In this document: positions 11,839 to 22,497 of the stretch, in pieces
How the letters are laid out: each line of letters opens with the position of its first letter
Position numbering within the stretch: the stretch's first letter is position 1
Position numbers and translations under genes: made by a program
The notes under the pieces: model-generated
Told to the model about the DNA's origin: nothing
Database searches by the model: none
The model's input: the letters and a program-made list of their open reading frames with translations, nothing else
Assembly (NCBI RefSeq): GCF_000143415.4
Contig: NW_003314295.1
Coordinates: 1,721,950-1,785,949, forward strand
DNA from: Selaginella moellendorffii
Lineage: Eukaryota; Plantae; Lycopodiophyta
Direction: 5' to 3'
Length of the DNA: 64,000 nucleotides

Positions 11839-14306
11839 ATGATTAGCGGGGGCGATTTCTACCAAGTCATGGCCGCTGTGGTGCCGCTCTACGTCGCCAT
11901 GATCCTGGCCTACGGCTCCGTGCGCTGGTGGGGGATCCTCACGCCCGAGCAGTGCTCGGGCATCAATCGATTCGTGGCGCTCTTCGCAGTGCCACTGCTC
12001 TCCTTCCAGATCATCTCCAAGAACAACCCCTACCTCATGAACCCCCAGTTCATCGCCGCCGACGCCATCCAAAAGGCGGCCGTGATGCTCGTCCTCGCCA
12101 TCTGGGCGCGCTACTCGTCGCGCGCCAGCTTCGAGTGGGTCATCACGCACTTCATGGTGGCGACGCTGCCCCACACGCTGGTGATGGGAATTCCCCTCCT
12201 CTACGCCATGTATGGCGAGAAGCACGGCAGCCTCGTCGTCCAGGCCTTGGTTCTCCAGTGCATCGTCTGGTACACGCTCCTCCTCGTCATGTACGAGTAC
12301 CGCAGCGCCAAGATCCTCATCCTGGAGCAATTCCCCGACACCGCCGCCTCCATCGTCTCCTTCAAGGTGGACTCGGACGTGATCTCGCTCGATGGCCGCG
12401 ACCAGCCCGTGCTGACCGAGGCCGAGGTGGGCGACGACGGCCGGATCCACGTCAAGGTCCGCAAGTCCACCTCCTCCGCGCAGTCCGCCAGGTTCTCCTC
12501 CGCCTCCATGCATCACTTCAACTCCAACTTCGGCGCTGGCCAGTTCAATCTCAACAACACCGCGAGATCGCCCATGGCATCGATGTTCTCGAGCAAGGCG
12601 GGCACTCCCCGCCCCTCCAATCTCACCGGCGCCGAGATCTACTCGCTGCATTCTTCGCGGAATATGACCCCCCGCGACTCGAGCTTCACCCGCGGGGACG
12701 CGTATCTCATGAGCGGCGGCGGCGGCGGTGGGAACTCGAGCTTGATGAGCTCCAACATCTTTGGACGAGCGAGCACTGGGCATCACGCTGGGGGGAGTCC
12801 TTTGCATCACCACGCACACGAGGGAATGTCCACGGGGCTCCTGAATCAATCCGGGATCACTGCTAATCGCCTGAGCTTCCAGGAGGATCAGAGCAATGGA
12901 TTCCACCACCACCACCACCAACACCATAGCAACAATAGCAACAACACGAGCAAGGTTTTGGGAGCGTACTCGCCATCGCCATCCATGCAGCTCCCCAAAA
13001 AGGTGGCGAACAATAACATTTCCAGCACCACAGGCAAAGATAACAGTACGCCCAATGTTTTGCAAGGGATTCCACAGGGAAAATCGGCTGACTACGACGC
13101 CAAAGAGCTTCATATGTTTGTGTGGAGCTCGAGCGCTTCCCCAACGTCCGAGAAGGGTTTGCATGTCTTCGGTGGAACCGACTTCAATGCCCGAGATGGA
13201 GCCAAGTTTGATCCAAAAGAAACCAAACTGGTCGTCGTCTCTGATGATGGTCAAGTGGAAGGCAAGTGTTTCACAACTTGTTCTTTGTTAGTTCTTACAC
13301 TTTCCCTTGTTTCTGGCAATGGTTTAGATACGAGGGACCGAGTTCCAGAGTACTTGCACCAGGAATTCAGCTTTGCCGATCGAAACGGTGCGTATGATCC
13401 ATCCGATAAGCTTGAGCCGAATCTTGCGAAGCTAGAATCGAGCTCCACTGTGGAGCTTGCTCCAAAAACTCCAAACTTGAATGGTGGTGGTACTGGAGAA
13501 GGGAATCAAGCAATGCCTCCAGCAACAGTCATGACTAGGCTCATCCTTGACATGGTGTGGAGAAAACTCGTGAGGAATCCAAACACTTACTCGAGTCTCA
13601 TCGGCTTGGTCTGGGCTCTCGTCTCTTTCAGGTACTTGTAGCAAGCTTGAGTTCATTCCCTCATTCCTCTTTGATAGCTACTTATAGACTATGAAATTAC
13701 TTTCTTGCCTGACTGAAGCTCTTGTAGATTTTTTCTAGGTGGAATGTCAAGGCGCCGAAACTCATTGAAAAGTCCATCACTATTCTCTCGGATGCTGGCT
13801 TGGGGATGGCTATGTTCAGTCTAGGTGTGTGTAAAGTTTCTCTATTTCTTTCAAAACCTTCCAACACTGATGCTCAATCTTTTGTGTAGGACTTTTCATG
13901 GCGCTGCAACCGAGAATTTTGGCCTGTGGAACTTCCATGGCAATGTTTGGAATGTTGCTCAGATTTTTCTGTAGCCCGGCTATCATGTCTGTGGCGTCCA
14001 TCGCTGTGGGGTTAAGAAAGCTGGATCTTCGAGCGGCCATTGTCCAGGTATATAGTTTTTTTTTATAAAAAAATTAAAAATTCATCTTTCTATTGTATTG
14101 ATACCAGGCAGCTCTACCTCAAGGAATCGTGCCGTTCGTTTTTGCGAAAGAATATAATGTTCATCCAGATGTTCTCAGCACGGCGTGAGTCTCTCTTTCT
14201 ATTCTTTTCGTTCTTTAACTTGAGCTTTCTTGCAAACAGTGTGATCTTCGGTATGCTAGTGGCACTGCCTATAACTCTTTTATACTACGTTTTACTTGGC
14301 ATCTAG
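11839..14306 (+). CDS. PIN: Long (canonical) PIN auxin efflux carrier; approximate exons 11839-13261, 13328-13631, 13739-13824, 13890-14047, 14108-14184, 14240-14306
   Basis: [50 protein letters not shown], loop motifs [22 protein letters not shown] and [15 protein letters not shown]-terminal [56 protein letters not shown]. Confidence 0.97.
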
Positions 14307-14417
14307 AAAAGCCTGTGCGCAGAAGATCAAAACACCCGCGAGGATTTCTTACATGTGTATGTATATTAATGTCCAAAATCAAAGGATAAGTTCTTTGAAA
14401 TTTAAAAGATCTTAATT

Positions 14418-14722
14418 GGCGGAAATTCCTGCTTGGCATATGCCCGAAATGGGCATTTTAGCTTCTCCCGGTTCTAGACGAAACCCTTGATAACCACCAG
14501 CATACAGTTTATTGGGAGGAAGAGGAAACATCCCGACAGAGATGTTTATGTGCCTTGTTGTTGGAGATGCACTTCTCATCTTCTAGCAAGTATCTTTCGT
14601 TGCAAAATCTTAAATGGAAGCGCGTTTGTTGAGATGTTGCCCGTCGCTGGCATGTTGTAAAAAGCATTAACGTCTCAGAGATGCCCGTTTAGGGCATCCG
14701 CTACAAGAAGCATTATCCATAA
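14418..14722. mobile_element. Possible MITE-like element with imperfect terminal inverted repeats
   Basis: cttggcatatgcccgaaatgggcat (about 14432-14456) and atgcccgtttagggcatccgctacaag (about 14681-14707) are approximate reverse complements; no coding capacity between them; no target-site duplication established. Confidence 0.35.
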
Positions 14723-15713
14723 ACGTTTGGGACCTTAAGACTGTTTTGAGTTGTGATCTGGTATGCAAGCATTTAATCGAGCATCAAACCGTAACAGAAT
14801 TGCTTGCACAGCAATACGCTCGGATCTGTCCAAGCTCTAGAATCCTGTAGTAAATCGAGTCAAAGAGCTCTAGCCAAACCGTCCTCAAAGACCATGTTCG
14901 ATCAAGTTACATCATCCATTCAGTTTCGACTGTCTTGAGATTGTAGAATGCTTGCTATTGAGCATACATGATCCATAGAAGGATAAAGACGCTGCTCAGG
15001 ACTGGAGGTACTTGAGGTTAGTACCAAAGGTCGCGATAAATCCCAGACCAGAGTAGAGACTTGTAACCGACGCATATAAGAGAGTTGACCAATCGATCCC
15101 TACTCTTGTTTCTCGTCATGATCAGTATCCCAATGAGCCAAGAAGGGGCTCCCTAAGGTGTTTGATCGCACAGACATTTTAAGAAAATAACGAATATATT
15201 ATTTTCTAAAATCATATTTACTGAATTTAGAGAAGTTGTAATAACAGATGATATCAAAGTTGCTCTTGTAATGGTAATTCGCAAATTAATTAGAAAATTT
15301 TGATTACTTTCTATCCTTGAGAAGAGGAGATGATGTGAGGTCAAGTGTATACCTATAATACTATATATTAATATTATTTTGATAGCTGTCAGATTGATTT
15401 GAATTTAGACAACTATACATTAGGGTTTTTCTATATTCTATTTATACACTCAGTTAATAATATTAACTTTTATGAAGAATAATTGTATTATTATGTTTTA
15501 GATCTTTCTACATTTTGTAAGTATTTTTCATAGATTGGAATCAATTGTCATTACGAACGATCAGCAAGAGCAACAGTGGAGGTATAGCCACTCTCACAGT
15601 GGAGGCAAAGTAGAGAATGCTATAAGGCGTAATGCTCCATGCCAAAATCTCGTGGTTCTAGAGGATAGAATGACCAGCGGGGATCTGCCGGGCGATAAGC
15701 CTTACTTTCAGCC

Positions 15714-17438
15714 ATGAGCGTCGCAAATTTCTTCACGCTTGCGCACCGGCATACGGTGGATTTTGAGGAAGAGGAAGAACATCCCGATACATTACTCTTT
15801 GCTCGGCAGCTTCGAGCGTGTGGGAAGAAGAAAGATCTTAAGCAAGCAAAGCGCTTGCATTTCCAAATCACAAACAGCGGCTACCCCCAAAACAGATTCC
15901 TCTGGAACATCTTGATAGAAACGTATGGGAAATGTGGCAGCCTCGAAGAAGCCCGCTGGACTTTTGACGATCTCAAGGACCCCAACATTTTCTCTTGGAC
16001 AATGCTGGTTGTCGCGTATGCCCAAAACGGGCATCTGCGAGACGCCAAAGCTCTTTACAACAGCATGCCAGACAAGAACACTATCTCAGCAAACGCGCTT
16101 CTAACGGCATTTTCAAAAAAAGGATACCTGCTAGAGGCACGAGAGCTTCTCGATCAGATAAGAAATCCATCTCCGACATCATACAACACCATGATTTCAG
16201 CGTATGCCCAAAGCGGGCATATGAACAAAGCTCGCAGCCTGTTTGAGAGCACTGATAAGAAGGACGTGGTTACATGGACAACGATGATTCAAGCGTATGC
16301 AGAGGGTGGCAACATAGCCGAAGCAAAGATTCTGTTTGATCGAGCTCCAAAACGTGATACCATTGCTTGCACAGTGATGGTCACAGCATATGCTCAAAAC
16401 GGGCATATGAAGGAGGCTAGAGAAGTGTTTGACTCAATCCTTATCAAGGATTCCAAAGCTTGGACAGCCATGATCAAAGCGTATTCCAAGGCTGGCGACA
16501 TAGCCTCCTCAAAGACCCTGTTCGATCAAATGCCACGCAAAGATATCACAGCACTCACGAGTATGATCTCTACTTACGCCCAGAATGGAGACTTTGAGCA
16601 AGCAAAGCTCTTGTTTGATGAGTGCGAGCAGCGAGACTCTGTGCTCTATGCAGTGATGATGCGCGCTTACTCCCAGCTCGGTGAAGTCGATCAAGCCAAG
16701 CTCATGTTTGACAACATCACACACAAAACCATCCTGTGCTGGAACTCGATTCTAACGGCATTTGTAAAACACGGGAGATTTGAGAATGCCAAGGACGTAT
16801 TTTTGGACATGCCAAAGCGTGATGTGGTGTCCTGGAATGCGATGATCGATGCCTACGGCAAGAATAGGCAGGGTAAAGAAGCGATCAAACTTTTCCACCG
16901 GATGGAGGCCGAGGGGATCGATCCGGATGAGGCTACCTTCGTTACCATGCTCGAGATTTGTGCGACTTTAGCGTCGATCCAGCAGGGAGAAGCCGTTTAC
17001 AGGAGAATCCGTCGATCCAAGTATAAGAGACACACCAAAGTTTTGAATGCTCTGATTCACATGTACGGGTGCTGCGGGAGTTTGATACAAGCGAAGGAAG
17101 CATTCTCTCGGCTGGGACGACCGGACGAGTTCTCTTTCACCACCTTGATGTCCGCTTGTTCTAGGAACGATCACAGCAGGGAAGCACTCGAGATTCTCCC
17201 TTACATGATCCTCCAAGGTGTTGATCCTTCTTCCGTAACGTTTCTAGTGGTTTTGTCTGCGTGTTCCAGCGCCGGTTACTCGCCTGACGAAGCTCGAGGA
17301 TGCTTTGTTGCGATGATTGATGATTTCTCCCTGCTACCATCCTCTGAGCATTACGACTGTTTCTTTCGTCTCATGCAACGAGCTCAGCCTCGGCTTCGTG
17401 CCGAAATGCTGGCAGATGAGCTCGCCGTTTTCAGATAG
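15714..17438 (+). CDS. PLS-class pentatricopeptide repeat protein, single exon; degenerate or truncated E region, no DYW
   Basis: 574-aa ORF with tandem motifs (NILIETYGKCGSLEEAR, SWTMLVVAYAQNGH, VSWNAMIDAYGKN, PDEATFVTML, EHYDC). Confidence 0.93.
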   Translation: MSVANFFTLAHRHTVDFEEEEEHPDTLLFARQLRACGKKKDLKQAKRLHFQITNSGYPQNRFLWNILIETYGKCGSLEEARWTFDDLKDPNIFSWTMLVVAYAQNGHLRDAKALYNSMPDKNTISANALLTAFSKKGYLLEARELLDQIRNPSPTSYNTMISAYAQSGHMNKARSLFESTDKKDVVTWTTMIQAYAEGGNIAEAKILFDRAPKRDTIACTVMVTAYAQNGHMKEAREVFDSILIKDSKAWTAMIKAYSKAGDIASSKTLFDQMPRKDITALTSMISTYAQNGDFEQAKLLFDECEQRDSVLYAVMMRAYSQLGEVDQAKLMFDNITHKTILCWNSILTAFVKHGRFENAKDVFLDMPKRDVVSWNAMIDAYGKNRQGKEAIKLFHRMEAEGIDPDEATFVTMLEICATLASIQQGEAVYRRIRRSKYKRHTKVLNALIHMYGCCGSLIQAKEAFSRLGRPDEFSFTTLMSACSRNDHSREALEILPYMILQGVDPSSVTFLVVLSACSSAGYSPDEARGCFVAMIDDFSLLPSSEHYDCFFRLMQRAQPRLRAEMLADELAVFR

Positions 17439-18989
17439 TAATAAATTGCAAGCTGCTAAGACGATCCTGGCATGGCATTCCTCGATCACGCTACAAGCTC
17501 TGAGCAACGTTACCTTCACTTCACAAGGCCTTGTCCATGCAAATCCAGCGCCGTGCGGTCTTGTCCGTTCTAGGCATACGCCGATATAAGCAAAGGAAAC
17601 AACGTCTCTTTACAGCATAGAATAGAAGAGGCAGTGCTCTTATAAACCCTACTCTTTTTTGTGGCATCTCCGAGTGTACGATCTTAAGCGTGCGAGCAGA
17701 CAGAGCAGTTTTTGGCCTCATTTAGTGACTTTATACACTTTATCTTAGTTTAAAAATTAATAAAAATAAAGACCTAATTTTACTGAATAAAATTTTTAAT
17801 GCTTTATTTTATTATTTATTTTTAACTTTGATTTTACCCTTTAATTTAACCTATTTTTATCAGTTAATAAATTTAGACATTAACCTTATAAAAAGTGGAT
17901 AACTAATATTTAATATTTAAGCAAACCTATGGGTGTTATTTATAATTTATAAACATATTTATAATTATAAACTTTCTTAAACACTTTCTAGCATATTCTA
18001 GTTTATTCTACCATATTATATTAATAAGAATAATTTTGTGTTTATAAATTATAAATATCCAATTGATCAATTGGATTTTTAAATAATACTAAATAGTAGT
18101 AAGCTGCAAATTATTTTATTACTTGGTTGTACCACTAATATAAATATTATTATTAGTATAAATCCCTTTCTAGATTACAGGTATAAGATATCACTTTAAA
18201 AAGGGATATATTTAGCATCTTCTAACAGTCTCAACAATAACAATGACAACACAGTAGCAAGATCAGTTCTATTGCCTTTGCCATTCCTCCCATTCTTCCT
18301 AATGCTAACACTCCACCCTTGAGAGAACACTCATCATCACAGCTAGATCACCTGGAAGCGACATGTGCCAAAGTTCAATGGAGGAGGATCACCTAAGCTT
18401 GTGATCTTGTGGCAAGGCTATACGAAAGGCCGAGAGAAGACAGCTGTGCTAGAGCTACGGATCGATCTGTTCGTTCGGAGCACCATTCTTTTGTTGTGAT
18501 AGAGTGCTAGAGCTTGAAAGATCCAGCGAGATAAGTGGATCTAGAGACGACCTTTGAATTTGATTTATGGGAGTTATCCTGCAAAGGGATGTGGCCTGCA
18601 TTTAGCGGCGATTTGAGCTTGCGTTTCTGGTTGGACTACAACTTGTGGTAGCAAATTGTGAAGGGCATGTTTTCCTTGTACCAGCTATTTGCTCCAGTAA
18701 CTCTCTCTTGACACGGAGACACGACTGAGATAAAGTAGCAGCAGATCACACAAAGCACGCCAACCCAGGTAGTCCGCCTTAAACGTCCAGTGAGCCACGT
18801 CAAGCCTTCAGACTCGAGCATCCCGAAGCAAAACCATGAGGAGTGATTTTGGGACATTCACCCCGAAATGGATCGTCGCTCTGTAGCGACAGCTCCATCT
18901 CACGTCCCTCTTGTCATCGTGCGCATGCTCTCAACCAGTTGATGTATGGATGAGTTCCCGCAACGGAGGACTGCTGGTGAGTATCCTGT

Positions 18990-19560
18990 GATCAAAGTAA
19001 CTTGCTAGAAGCACAGTCCAAGTGGAGTGCCTTTAGCCTGAGCAATGGAGCGATCGCAAGATCAAGACTCATCTGTGCTTGAGGCAGAGTTTTGTCACCC
19101 TGGGTGATCATCTCATCAGGTTCCAGTTTCCACAAATCCTCAGTAGTTAGGACTATAGAAGGCAAGAAAGTGCAAATCACAACAGATTCTCACTTTTCTC
19201 ACTTCCAACATAATGGGCGAGCAAACAGATCCTCACTCTTCTCACTTCCAACATAAGAATGCTCAACCTCAGGGCTTCCACAATCACTCACCCATACAAA
19301 CACTACGATTTCAAGGCTTGCGCTTGACAAGGGTGTGAGTGTAACCACTGAGAATTCTGCTGTTAGATACGTGAGCACCGGGCATGCTGCCAAGAGAGTG
19401 CCTTGAGAAGCGAAGTCGACACACCAGTGTCACGAAATTCGAGAGTCCGGAGCGGCGGTTGACCCATCAAAGCTCTGTAGAAGCCGAAGCGGAGCTCTTG
19501 CCATCGCTTGAGCTCCATACCACGCATTCTGTTCAAAAGGTGGTGGCTCCGTTTCCTGCA
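18990..19560 (-). pseudogene. Degenerate F-box/LRR-like remnant, probably a paralog of the adjacent F-box gene
   Basis: PPLRTLEFRDTGVSTSLLKAL / LAACPVLTYLTAEFSVVTLTPLSSASLEIV resembles LLEALLAASPALENLSVDF...VSSASLRTL of the neighbour; 2-nt frameshift near 19395; short internal duplication at 19182-19256. Confidence 0.5.
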
Positions 19561-19611
19561 AACCAGGACAATTAGAACAAGACAATTGACAAGAACAAAA
19601 CTTGTCACCTT

Positions 19612-20923
19612 TTAGCACTTGAGTGTGACTCGGCTTGGATAGAAGAGTAACAGGTCGAATAGAACTCGCCAGCATTCATAGCTCTCCTTGACGGACTTCG
19701 TTTCGTGGTCTGCCATCTCCTTGCAATGTACCACCAGACTCGGGATTTTATGAACTTCGAGAAAAGCCTTGAACAAGCTGATATCAGGCGCCGCATAGCG
19801 GAAGTCCAAGTCCGCCCAGAGATGGACATGGAGCGCCTCTAATCTCATGTCTCCTCCTACAAACGACTGCAAGAGCCAAGAGAATCATAAAAAGAAGGAA
19901 AAGGGAAAGAAAAGTGAAGCATACCATCATAGCCAGGCCATAGAAATGGATCCTCTTCAAGTTGATGAGTGGAGCCAAGAAATTGTCAATCCTTGTCTTT
20001 CCAGTGCTCCTCAGCCCAAGGTGGAGCACCGTGACCATGGGCGTGAACTGGAACACGTTCGCAACATTCTCCAGCGCCCAGTTTCCAGTTATCCTCAAGC
20101 TTTGCAGCAAATCACACCGGTTCTCGAGCTCGCAGGAGGAGAAGAGCTCCAGCGAGCTCAAGTTCTTCGACAGGAAATGGATGCTCAGCCTGGCGCTTCT
20201 CGAGGGAAGGTTGCCAAACACAAAGCTGGCCAGCCTTGGCGCGTTGAGAACCACCTTGAACGCATCGCCATCCCTCCAGCAGCCGAAAAGCCTGAGAGTT
20301 CTCAAGCTGGCGCTCGAGACCGTGAGAGCTGGCCTGGAAACGTCCCCAAAGAAGTCGACGCTCAGATTCTCCAGCGCCGGGGACGCTGCGAGGAGCGCCT
20401 CGAGCAGCAAATTCGTCACGTTGATCGCCTTGGAGAATCGGCAGTAGCGCAAGCTCTGGAAGGGAGATTCATCCACCACCGGCAGCAAGTTCTTGCTGTA
20501 AAACCTCCCGACTATCTGGACGCCCCGGAGAGTGTCCAAGCGCAGCACCGAGTTCCACACAGCCGGCCCCCAGCGCAGAGAAACGGTGGCCTCGAGCCAA
20601 AGAGCAGTGAGGGAATCGGCCCACATAAGCCAGTGCCCGGTAGCTTCGGACGGCTCATCGCACCGGAGAGAGACCTTGAGCGTCTTGAGGCATCCGGGAG
20701 CTCTGTTCTTGGTGCGGCGGAGCACAGCGGCGATGACGTCTTCCTTCTCCCTCACCTCCTCCTTGCTGCGAGCCCTAAAATCGAAATGCAAGCCTGTGAC
20801 AGCCCAGCGCAGCTCCTGCCATCGCTTGCACACCAGCGAGCACTGCGCAATCTGCCGCGCATCCGCGATCCTGGACAAGATATCGACGAGCGCGCCATCG
20901 TCCAGGTCCACGCTTCGCCGCAT
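19612..20923 (-). CDS. F-box/LRR (RNI-like) protein, two exons (intron about 19867-19924)
   Basis: N-terminal F-box (LDDGALVDILSRI...QCSLVCKRWQEL) followed by LRR-like repeats (LKTLKV, LENLSV, LRTLRL, NAPRLASF); true ATG at 20923. Confidence 0.82.
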
Positions 20924-20995
20924 TTCCTTCCCTCCAAGATCCAAAAGAAAAAGTAAAAGGACTCGAACCCAAACAAAAAGAGAAATTTTATACTC

Positions 20996-21069
20996 CGCTA
21001 GAAGGAGGGCTCGAACCTCCGACCTTGTGGTTAACAGCCACACGCTCTGACCAACTGAGCTACTCCAGC
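20996..21069 (-). tRNA. trnN-GUU: tRNA-Asn (GUU)
   Basis: GCTGGAGTAGCTCAGTTGGTCAGAGCGTGTGGCTGTTAACCACAAGGTCGGAGGTTCGAGCCCTCCTTCTAGCG: cloverleaf, A and B boxes, anticodon GTT, downstream T-run. Confidence 0.97.
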
Positions 21070-21218
21070 TTTTTGTGACATCCCATACAGCCCTTTAAAA
21101 TTTAAATTTCTCTCAGCCTTTACAAAGTTTAAATGGTCATAACCTTTAAAAATTCTACGAGTAAAACCTTATTGTAATCATTTCTTTTGCTATGGTACAA
21201 CATAAACATATGGGTTGA

Positions 21219-22265
21219 TCATAGATAGATTGCTCCTGCGACTCCCACTGCCGGGCCGATAAACGTTGTTGGAAGCAAAACGTCCACAAAGCATCCCAGC
21301 GGGCCACCGATGAACGGGACTTTCTTGACGACGCTCTTGGCCATATGGACGAGCATGACGCCGCCCAGCATGAACAGTCCCAGCCTCTTGCCTCGATCCA
21401 AAGCAACCCGCTTGATCAGCCGCCGGGCCAGCTGCTCGAATCTGTCGATGTCGATTGGCACGTCCACGATCTCTGGCGAAGTGTCGTACTCGAGGATCGC
21501 TTCCAGGTCCTCCTGCTCCACCGGCCGGAAGAGAAGCTTGCCGGGCTTTGGATCCAGTTCTTCCGCGAGCGTCTGGAAGGAGATAGAAGATCGTCAGTAA
21601 GGAATCTAAGCACTACTACCAAGCAAGCAAGGAATTGTATCTGATTTGTAAAACCCAGCTTCAAACATAAGCAAGACCATCCTGGAGTTCCGCAAAAGAA
21701 AAGCATCCTAGAAAGGAGAAAGAGCTTCAATGCTTCCACGACACAGTTCCAATGTGAAAAACACTCTAGAACTACAACAATCTTGCAATGTAAGACGCGA
21801 AACACGAAATAAGCAAAGCATCGAAGAAAAAATCCAGAGAAGAAAGAGCTTGAATGCTTCTACAACACAGAATGGAAGGTTCCACTGTGGAAAAGCTCGA
21901 GAAGTACAACAATCTTCCAATGTGAACTACGAAAAGAAGACGCGGGAGAACAGAGAACACGAGATCAACAAGCCCGTGAAGCAAAGAGCACGGATTTTCA
22001 CGAAAGAAAGACTTCTAGCACTGGATTTCGCGAGATTTACCTGGAGGAAGAGGCGCAGAGCTGACAGGAGGCATTCCTTGGGGATGACCGACGCCGGCGG
22101 CGGCTCTTGGAAGCGGATGAATGCGGCGTGGACGGCGGTGAGGTAGCGCGTGGAGCCATCGAGCAGGCGGTCGACAGCATCCGCCACGCTCCCGCTTCCC
22201 TGGAAGAATGGCGCGCGCTCCTGCTTCTCCGTGTCGTCCTCCTCGTCTCTCACAGACGACGCCAT
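21219..22265 (-). CDS. Uncharacterised small protein with hydrophobic C-terminal helices; two exons (22265-22041, 21572-21219)
   Basis: GT-AG intron 22040-21573 joins MASSVRDEEDD...ALRLFLQ in frame to TLAEELDPKPG...LGLFMLGGVMLVHMAK...FIGPAVGVAGAIYL; GC-rich coding-like composition. Confidence 0.7.
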
Positions 22266-22497
22266 GATCAAGAAGAAGATTTTAGGGCTTTTTCCCCCTC
22301 TCCGACGTGGCAAAATAAGCCTATGACATGGCGTAAAGCTCACCCCTAAAAGATCTCCACCTCTATGACATGGATTGCGTGTATAAAAACGTTGAATGAC
22401 GTGGCGGCACAAGATCGCCTGGCGTGGCAAAAGCGCGCCAGCTCAGCGTATAAGACGCATATTCACGAGGGATTCTATCTCTTTGGCCAGAGGACCT
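22266..22497. promoter_or_regulatory. Bidirectional promoter with G-box/ABRE-like cores
   Basis: 232 bp between divergent ATGs; ACGTGGC at about 22306 and 22399, GCGTGGC at about 22422, ctatgacatgg twice. Confidence 0.5.

Noticed and set aside
11746-13254. 502-aa minus-strand ORF and 312-aa alternative-frame ORF over PIN
   Set aside because: Shadow ORFs caused by GC-rich codon usage of the PIN exon; no recognisable domain.
17625-17638. 13-nt match to the complement of miR408 downstream of the first PPR
   Set aside because: Pairing fails at both ends of the miRNA; compatible with chance.
19847-20956. 369-aa plus-strand ORF
   Set aside because: Antisense shadow of the F-box gene.
20924-21043. 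N-terminal extension of the 419-aa F-box ORF
   Set aside because: Starts at a non-ATG codon inside the tRNA-Asn; the real start is the ATG at 20923.
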